A stretch of DNA of 64,000 nucleotides, taken from the NCBI GenBank assembly GCA_040007615.1, contig JBDTUQ010000002.1:29427-93426 (forward strand). Reading direction: 5' to 3'. Shown here piece after piece: positions 60,165-64,000 of this stretch (positions are counted from its first letter, which is position 1; each line of letters begins with the position of its first letter). The translations under genes and the position numbers were made by a program. This stretch comes from Novosphingobium sp. (GTDB lineage: Bacteria > Pseudomonadota > Alphaproteobacteria > Sphingomonadales > Sphingomonadaceae). The notes under the pieces were generated by a model, which did no database searches, was not told the DNA's origin, and was given only the letters and a program-made list of their open reading frames with translations.

Positions 60165-61928
60165 ATGCCAAAGTCAGATGCAGCTACCACCGGTGAACGC
60201 TCAGGCGCGGAAATCCTGATTGAAAGCCTGATCCGTCAGGGCGTGGAATATGTGTTCGGCTATCCGGGCGGCTCGGTGCTGCCGATTTATGATGCGTTGT
60301 TCGGCGATGAACGCCTGCGCCACATCCTTGTCCGCCACGAAGCCGGCGCAGCCCATGCGGCGGAAGGCTATGCGCGCTCCACCGGCAAGCCCGGCGTTGT
60401 ACTCGTCACGTCCGGCCCCGGCGCGACCAATGCCGTCACCGGCATTGCCGACGCATTCATGGATTCGATACCGCTCGTCATCATCACCGGCCAGGTGCCC
60501 ACCGGCCTGATCGGCTCCGACGCATTCCAGGAAGCCGACACCATCGGCATCACCCGGCACTGCTGCAAACACAACTATCTGGTCAAAGACCCGGCTGAAC
60601 TGGCCGCGACGATTGACGAGGCGTTCCAGATCGCCACTTCGGGTCGCCCCGGCCCGGTCCTGATCGACATTCCCAAGGACGTGCAGATTGCCTCCGCCCC
60701 GTGGAGCGACGCCGCACCGCAGCGCCGCAACCGCTACACGCCGCGTCTGGCTGGCAGCGAGGCCGAGATCGCCCGCGCCATAGACCTCATCGCGAATGCC
60801 AAGGCCCCGGTGTTCTATACGGGCGGCGGGGTGATCAATTCCGGCCCCCAAGCCACCAGTCTGCTGCGTGAGTTGCAGACGCTAACGGGCGCCCCGGTCA
60901 CGTCAACCCTGATGGGTCTGGGCGCTTTCCCCGCTGACCATGCGGACTGGCTGGGAATGCTGGGCATGCACGGCACCTATGAAGCCAACTGGGCGATGAA
61001 TCAGGCGGACCTGATCATCTGCGTCGGCGCGCGGTTTGATGACCGGGTGACGGGTAAGCTCAGCGCGTTTTCGCCCAATTCGACGAAGATTCACATCGAT
61101 ATAGACCGGTCCTCGATCAACAAGACCGTGCGGGTCGATCTGCCCATCGTCGGCGATTGCGCCACCGTTCTGGAGCAGCTTATCGCCGCATGGGGCAGCC
61201 GCAAGGCGCAGGACCTGTCCGCATGGCGCGCCCGGATTGAGGGCTGGCGTGCGAAAAAGAGCCTGTCCTATCCTCGTGATGGAGCGGAAATTGCCCCCCA
61301 ATATGCGGTTGAGCGGCTTTTTGCCCTGACCCGCGATCGCGATCCGGTGATCACCACCGAAGTTGGCCAGCATCAGATGTGGGCGGCGCAGCACTTTCAC
61401 TTCTTCGGCCCGAACAAGTGGCTGACTTCCGGCGGTCTGGGAACGATGGGCTATGGGCTTCCCGCCGCCATCGGCGCGCAACTGGGCAACCCCGATAGTC
61501 TGGTCATCGACATCGCCGGCGAAGCATCGATCCAGATGAACATTCAGGAACTGGGCACCGCCAGTCAATACCGCCTGCCTGTCAAGGTGTTCATCCTGAA
61601 CAACGAATACATGGGCATGGTCCGCCAGTGGCAGGAACTGACTTATGAGAGCCGCTATTCGAACTCGTATTCTGACAGCCTGCCCGATTTCGTCGCGCTG
61701 GCCGAGGCGTATGGCTGGAAAGGCATTCGTATCCAAAGCGAGGATGAACTGGACGCTGGCATTCAGGCGATGATCGATCACCCCGGCCCGGTCATGGTCG
61801 ATTGCCGGGTGTCCAAGGCTGCGAACTGCTTTCCGATGATCCCATCGGGCGCGGCGCATACCGACATGATCTTGCAGGGCGACGCCGTTGCCGGGACTAT
61901 GGATGATGAAGCCAAGGCGCTGGTGTGA
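60165..61928 (+). CDS. ilvB: Acetohydroxyacid synthase large subunit
   Basis: FGYPGG, RHEAGA, TSGPGATN, EVGQHQMW and SGGLGTMG motifs. Confidence 0.96.
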   Translation: MPKSDAATTGERSGAEILIESLIRQGVEYVFGYPGGSVLPIYDALFGDERLRHILVRHEAGAAHAAEGYARSTGKPGVVLVTSGPGATNAVTGIADAFMDSIPLVIITGQVPTGLIGSDAFQEADTIGITRHCCKHNYLVKDPAELAATIDEAFQIATSGRPGPVLIDIPKDVQIASAPWSDAAPQRRNRYTPRLAGSEAEIARAIDLIANAKAPVFYTGGGVINSGPQATSLLRELQTLTGAPVTSTLMGLGAFPADHADWLGMLGMHGTYEANWAMNQADLIICVGARFDDRVTGKLSAFSPNSTKIHIDIDRSSINKTVRVDLPIVGDCATVLEQLIAAWGSRKAQDLSAWRARIEGWRAKKSLSYPRDGAEIAPQYAVERLFALTRDRDPVITTEVGQHQMWAAQHFHFFGPNKWLTSGGLGTMGYGLPAAIGAQLGNPDSLVIDIAGEASIQMNIQELGTASQYRLPVKVFILNNEYMGMVRQWQELTYESRYSNSYSDSLPDFVALAEAYGWKGIRIQSEDELDAGIQAMIDHPGPVMVDCRVSKAANCFPMIPSGAAHTDMILQGDAVAGTMDDEAKALV

Positions 61929-61954
61929 TGGAGAGTTTGCAACTTGAACTTGCA

Positions 61955-62095
61955 CGTCATCCCGGCCCATCGACTTTGCTCTGGATAAACTTCCGGCCCC
62001 TTTGGCCGGAAGGCCGGGATCCAGACCTCATCAAACAAGTGCCACTTCGCGACTTTATCTGTCCGGGCTGGGTCCCGGCCTCCGCCGGGATGACG
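61955..62095. repeat. CGTC-tagged REP-like element
   Basis: Terminal inverted repeat CGTCATCCCGGC / GCCGGGATGACG, with internal GAAGGCCGGGATCCA and TGGGTCCCGGCCTCC arms. Confidence 0.8.
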
Positions 62096-62097
62096 AT

Positions 62098-62616
62098 ATG
62101 ATGAAAATACAGCACCAAACCGAAGAGCGCCACGTCCTGACCGTCATGGTCGATAACGAGGCAGGCATTCTGGCCAAGATCGCCGGGCTGTTCACCGCGC
62201 GCGGCTATAATATTGACAGCCTGACCGTGGCCGACATTTCGGAGAACCATCAGGTCAGCCGCATCACTATCGTCACCCACGGCCCGCCCGAAGTGATCGA
62301 CCAGATCCGCGCCCAGCTTGAACGGCTGGTGCCGGTGCATAAGGTAATCGACCTCACCGAAGTCGGCCCTTATGTTGAGCGCGAACTGGCGTTGATCAAA
62401 GTGTCCGGCAAGGGTGAACACCGGGTTGAGGCGCTGCGTCTGGCCGACGTTTTCCGGGCCAAGGTTGTCGACACCACCACCGCCAGTTTCATCTTTGAAC
62501 TGACCGGCACGCCTGACAAGATCGACAGTTTTGTCGCCCTGATGCGCGAACTGGGGCTGGTCGAAGTGGGTCGCACCGGGGTTGTCGGCATGACGCGCGG
62601 GGCTGAGGCCGCTTAG
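62098..62616 (+). CDS. ilvN: Acetohydroxyacid synthase small subunit
   Basis: VMVDNEAGILAKIAGLFTARGYNIDSL and ERELALIKV motifs. Confidence 0.95.
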   Translation: MMKIQHQTEERHVLTVMVDNEAGILAKIAGLFTARGYNIDSLTVADISENHQVSRITIVTHGPPEVIDQIRAQLERLVPVHKVIDLTEVGPYVERELALIKVSGKGEHRVEALRLADVFRAKVVDTTTASFIFELTGTPDKIDSFVALMRELGLVEVGRTGVVGMTRGAEAA

Positions 62617-62651
62617 CGAATACACAAAATTAACTCGCTAATAACCCGGCA

Positions 62652-63783
<1,132 letters not shown>

Positions 63784-63806
63784 TCGTTCTGCCGATTACC
63801 TATGTG

Positions 63807-63846
63807 AAGGCGCGCCGTGAAACCATCGCGGCGCGCCTTTCTGTTT
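63807..63846 (+). terminator. Intrinsic terminator after ilvC
   Basis: AAGGCGCGCCG-N11-CGGCGCGCCTT followed by TCTGTTT. Confidence 0.75.
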
Positions 63847-63859
63847 CAAGACTGAACCG

Positions 63860-64000
63860 ATGAGCCAGACGGCGCAGCACATCCTGATCCCGTTCCACGA
63901 CCTGAATTCAGGCGGAACCGAGCGCATCGCGCTGACGCTGGCAAAGCACTGGCTGGATGCCGGACGGCGCGTTACCCTTCTTTGCGGATCGAAAACCGGG
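63860..64000 (+). CDS. Glycosyltransferase (GT4-like), 5' part only
   Basis: MSQTAQHILIPFHDLNSGGTERIALTLAKHWLDAGRRVTLL, a typical GT4 N-terminal GG-x-E motif. Confidence 0.75.
   Translation, partial: MSQTAQHILIPFHDLNSGGTERIALTLAKHWLDAGRRVTLLCGSKTG

Overview
GC-rich alphaproteobacterial chromosome segment, most like Sphingomonadales (Novosphingobium/Erythrobacter-like), judged from gene order and the tandem Hfq. The window has two parts. (1) Accessory region, 1-24850. It is dominated by one uninterrupted minus-strand ORF of more than 6,650 codons that runs off the left edge and is missing from the supplied ORF track because it has no stop codon in the window. It encodes a giant extracellular protein: Arg-rich leader with an LEPR-XLL motif, 12 diverged ~205-aa two-part repeats carrying 3 LamG-like and 1 legume-lectin-like inserts, ~17 CARDB-like repeats, and further Ig-like and helical modules. 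It is divergent from a two-gene HlyD/RND adaptor + TolC operon that has no inner-membrane transporter in the window. A cell-wall hydrolase and a TetR regulator follow, and the region is bounded by the 3' end of tRNA-Ser(UGA). (2) Mostly core genome, 24850-64000: mltB-rlpA-dac-tmk-holB-metG-tatD-MBL, mazG, dusB-ntrBC-ntrYX-hfq(tandem)-hflX, ispDF, cinA, coq10/ratA, lipA, carbonic anhydrase, gyrA (Met at the Asp87-equivalent site), modE/modABC with a clear ModE box and no TOBE domains, an internally deleted SDR, serB/miaA, ilvB-ilvN-ilvC with palindromic REP-like elements, and the start of a glycosyltransferase. All product calls come from motifs recognised by eye, with no database searches. Domain boundaries inside the giant ORF are approximate (about +/-50 bp), and several starts were moved downstream of the ORF-track start to the most plausible RBS or overlap position.
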